64,000 nt of DNA, from the NCBI GenBank assembly GCA_037379345.1, contig CM074511.1:53078862-53142861 (forward strand), in the 5' to 3' direction. The notes beneath the pieces are model-generated. The model saw only the letters and a program-made list of their open reading frames with translations, was not told the DNA's origin and did no database searches. Below are positions 60,900-64,000 of this stretch, one piece after another. The DNA comes from Perna viridis. Lineage: Eukaryota. Numbering within the stretch: the first letter of the stretch is position 1; each line of letters starts with the position of its first letter. A program made the position numbers and the translations under genes.

Positions 60900-61380
60900 C
60901 CCTATACCGTCTACCATATATCGCATACCCTATATCACACCTGTAGACCTTTATCGCATATCCTATATCACACCCCTTCAAACATCATACTTACAGTATG
61001 GTTAAAATATATGATATAATGAACTGTATCAACCCTCGACCTATATCGATGACCATTTGGGTAATATAGAAGTCTTGGGTTGACACAGCATGTTATACAA
61101 ATTTTGACATGTATTTTAAGTGTTTTTTTTTTTAAATCCTATATTGCTTACCTTCTTTCGCACCCATAGACTTATAACGCATATCCTATATGGCTTCCCT
61201 TCGCGGAACATACTTGAAGTATAGTTAAAATATATGAAATAATGAACATGACATGTCAAAATCTGTATCACGTGGTATTAACCCTCAACCTATATCACTC
61301 CGCGGGCCGGTTGCCCTTGGGGTATTATGGGAGTCTCGGGTTAATACGGCATGTGATACAGTTTTTGACATGTAATATTC
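60900..61380. repeat. Two ~220-bp degenerate direct repeats
   Basis: TAGAC.TTAT..CGCATATCCTATAT...CATACTT..AGTAT.GTTAAAATATATGA.ATAATGAAC...AACCCTC.ACCTATATC at ~60945 and ~61168. Confidence 0.6.
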
Positions 61381-61949
61381 AGTATGTATCAGGACCAGTA
61401 CGCTGTGACGAGCATTATCGATTTATTTACATCAAAGGCAAATGTCACAAATTACCCGATAAATATAAAATACAACGACTGTTAGCTGTCTAAAAAGCAA
61501 TTGAGTGGTTAACTGGGTCATGCTTGAAAAATCGTAACGTCAAAATGGAGTTGATTGACGCTCAAGGTCAAAATTTTGGGTTTTTTTTTTAAGTGTAGAC
61601 ACAGACTGGTATTGCCCGAAGGGCAAGTATGGACGCAGACTGGTATTGCCCAAAGAGCAGATTTGAACATACATACGTTTTGTCTTGAATATGTTTGCAT
61701 TGTCTAGAAAACTCCATTTATTGATAAATATCCATTAACATATGTTACTAAATATATACTAATATTAATAAATGGGGAATAAACTCCACAATGGCTTACC
61801 ATAACCATAAGACAAGTCTTATACATATTTTAATGCTTCTTTCTTGAAGGTGTACTTGCATGTGTTGAACTTGCCCATGTCACTTTATGTAGGTTAGCTT
61901 AGTAAAATTTTTTGCTCTAATTCTGGACTCTCAGTTTTTTTTAGATCAA

Positions 61950-62215
61950 CAGAAACCAACAGTGCGGTATCTGTCAGTTACATGGATGCCCCTATTTTTT
62001 AAATTTGTTGGGGCCATGACTCCAATTTAGGAAGTAGGAGCCTTCCTTAATTATATAAATTTCATTAAAAAAATTCATAACAATTGATCAACCATAACTA
62101 AAGTCATCGCACGAAAAGCAAGTGAGTATGGACGACGACGACACGGACATCGCTGTCAGCACCATACCAATATATATGGACGATCGCAATTTTTTAAGGT
62201 GTCATTATTATATTA
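61950..62215 (+). mobile_element. HINE-like terminal fragment
   Basis: GGGGCCATGACTCC core, AACTAAAGTCATCGCACGAAAA, (GAC)n microsatellite and decayed terminal hairpin. Confidence 0.5.
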
Positions 62216-64000
62216 AATATATAAATATATACATATATATCGGCAGATTCTGGGTCTGGACATACTCCATTTCCAATTCCCTAAAAAGCCTGTCAATTAC
62301 TCTTCCTTAAGACAAAATTAGTAGTGTGTGATTAGCTAAGAATTTACATCTATAAGGTCTTTGTTCTTACATTCGTCCAAGTTAAAACAGTTCTCTAGCA
62401 AAAGAGAATAAAACTGCATAATGGAATATTTCTCAGTTACAGTCATGTACTCAACAGAAAACATTCGAAATTCATATGAAACAAAATTACAATACCGATA
62501 TACGAAGGACTTGAAGGCTAAATCATTCCATACTGTCTCACAGCTAGCACTTTAAAATCAATATTTCAACTAAATCTTGTATCAAACAATTTCATCAACT
62601 TCTAAATAGTTATATACATTTGTAGCCTGAAAAATGTTTCCTTGAAAAAAAATGTATTCTACAGTACTTATTTTGCAGCTGTATACAATATATCCAGAGG
62701 TACTGCAAGTATTATTTGGTTTCAGAACCAATATTACCTACATGTATATTCAACACTTCACAACACTGTCATTAACTTTTCTTTAGAATCTCTTTATCAT
62801 TAAATCCTATAAATCTTCTTCATAATTTAACAAAACTTAATTATTTTTACGTGTACAGTATTTAAGTATGAATGAGACTAAATTATATCAATATACATGT
62901 ACAAACTTTACTTTATTGGCACGAAGTCATAAACAGAAAATGGTTAAATTAAAAATCATTTTAAGAGTTGTCAGTACATGCAATCTGACATGTACATATA
63001 TAGCAAAACTAAAAATCGTCGGAGCTCCTAGGAAATGTACTTACATGTACATTGTACTTTTACGTGTACATAACCTCTATATGTATAATGTAGAGTTCCT
63101 GAAACTTCACGTTACAGTAATGGGCAGCTAATGGAACTACCCCAACTTAACAGATTCCTCAATGCTATGTGTTTTGCAACAAAACGTTAAAAAGTTCATA
63201 GGCATGAAATAAGCACACGTATATGGAACATAAACTAATAAAAGATGTGTAAAAGGAAGGTCCTATTTAACCTTGGACCCCAAGTTTTTCCTCCAGCAAA
63301 ATGTGAAGAAATATGGACCATATTCAACTTAATAAAATGCAATTTTGAAGAAGAAAATAAAGACTTTTTTCTATCCTAGGCGGAAATAGAGAGTTAGAAA
63401 TATTTATAATCGATTGTAAACACACATGCCGGGAGTGTGCTCTTGGTCGTGGATAATCCCTTTTTCGGATTCGGTGCCGGAGATATATTTTTTTTGTTTT
63501 TCTACTCCTACAACGTCAGAGGTTTGAATTTCGTTCCTCCATACCCCAACCTCTTACTTCCGAGCGCCATATTGCATAACGCTTGTTCCGACAATGTTTG
63601 AAATCGGCAGAATTATGGTGAACTGTTTACCATTTAAAACGTTTTATACAGTTTCTTTACCATAACACGGAAATAAATCCCTATCTTCCGACTCTACTAA
63701 ATTTTAGAATGGTGATCGGAAACGTAACGTTATTTTTTGCACTGCAAAGTGTTGATTTTATCCCAAATAGTATTTCGGTGGGTTCAAGATTTGAATCAAA
63801 TGCTGTCGGCTATACTATGTGCAGATCACAAATTGGATCACTAGGTCACGGATCAACATTAAATCACGTGTGATGCTTTTAATGAATTCAATGAATGAAC
63901 ATGACATCTAATTTCCCCGAATACACCATGCCCCTCAGTCACGGGTATGACTATGCCGGGGACTATGCTTTACACCGTCCATGAGGGACCCTAAATAATA

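Overview
AT-rich eukaryotic (molluscan, probably mytilid bivalve) genomic window with five host genes, assembled by hand from splice sites and reading-frame phase. From left to right: ERICH1-like (minus strand, 3 coding exons visible, continues off the left edge); intronless Mos kinase (minus); 16-exon cytosolic acetyl-CoA synthetase ACSS2 (minus); 8-exon RCHY1/Pirh2 E3 ligase (plus, head-to-head with ACSS2, ATGs 198 bp apart); and an 11-exon mitochondrial-clan P450 of the CYP10 type (minus). Introns and intergenic DNA are dense with Helentron/HINE-like elements, hAT-like MITEs with 5-bp TSDs, foldback MITEs, SINE/LINE/Gypsy remnants and minisatellites. The most notable items are: a TIR-bounded, decayed Mutator-like transposon carrying a vertnin-like OTU protease domain (56136-59583); an unexplained GC-rich, multi-branched base-paired island in an ERICH1 intron (5865-6144); a double-headed HINE chimera; a tandem SINE-tail+TSD array; and a possible HDV-like ribozyme at the head of an RTE remnant. 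Family assignments come from motif recall, not database searches.
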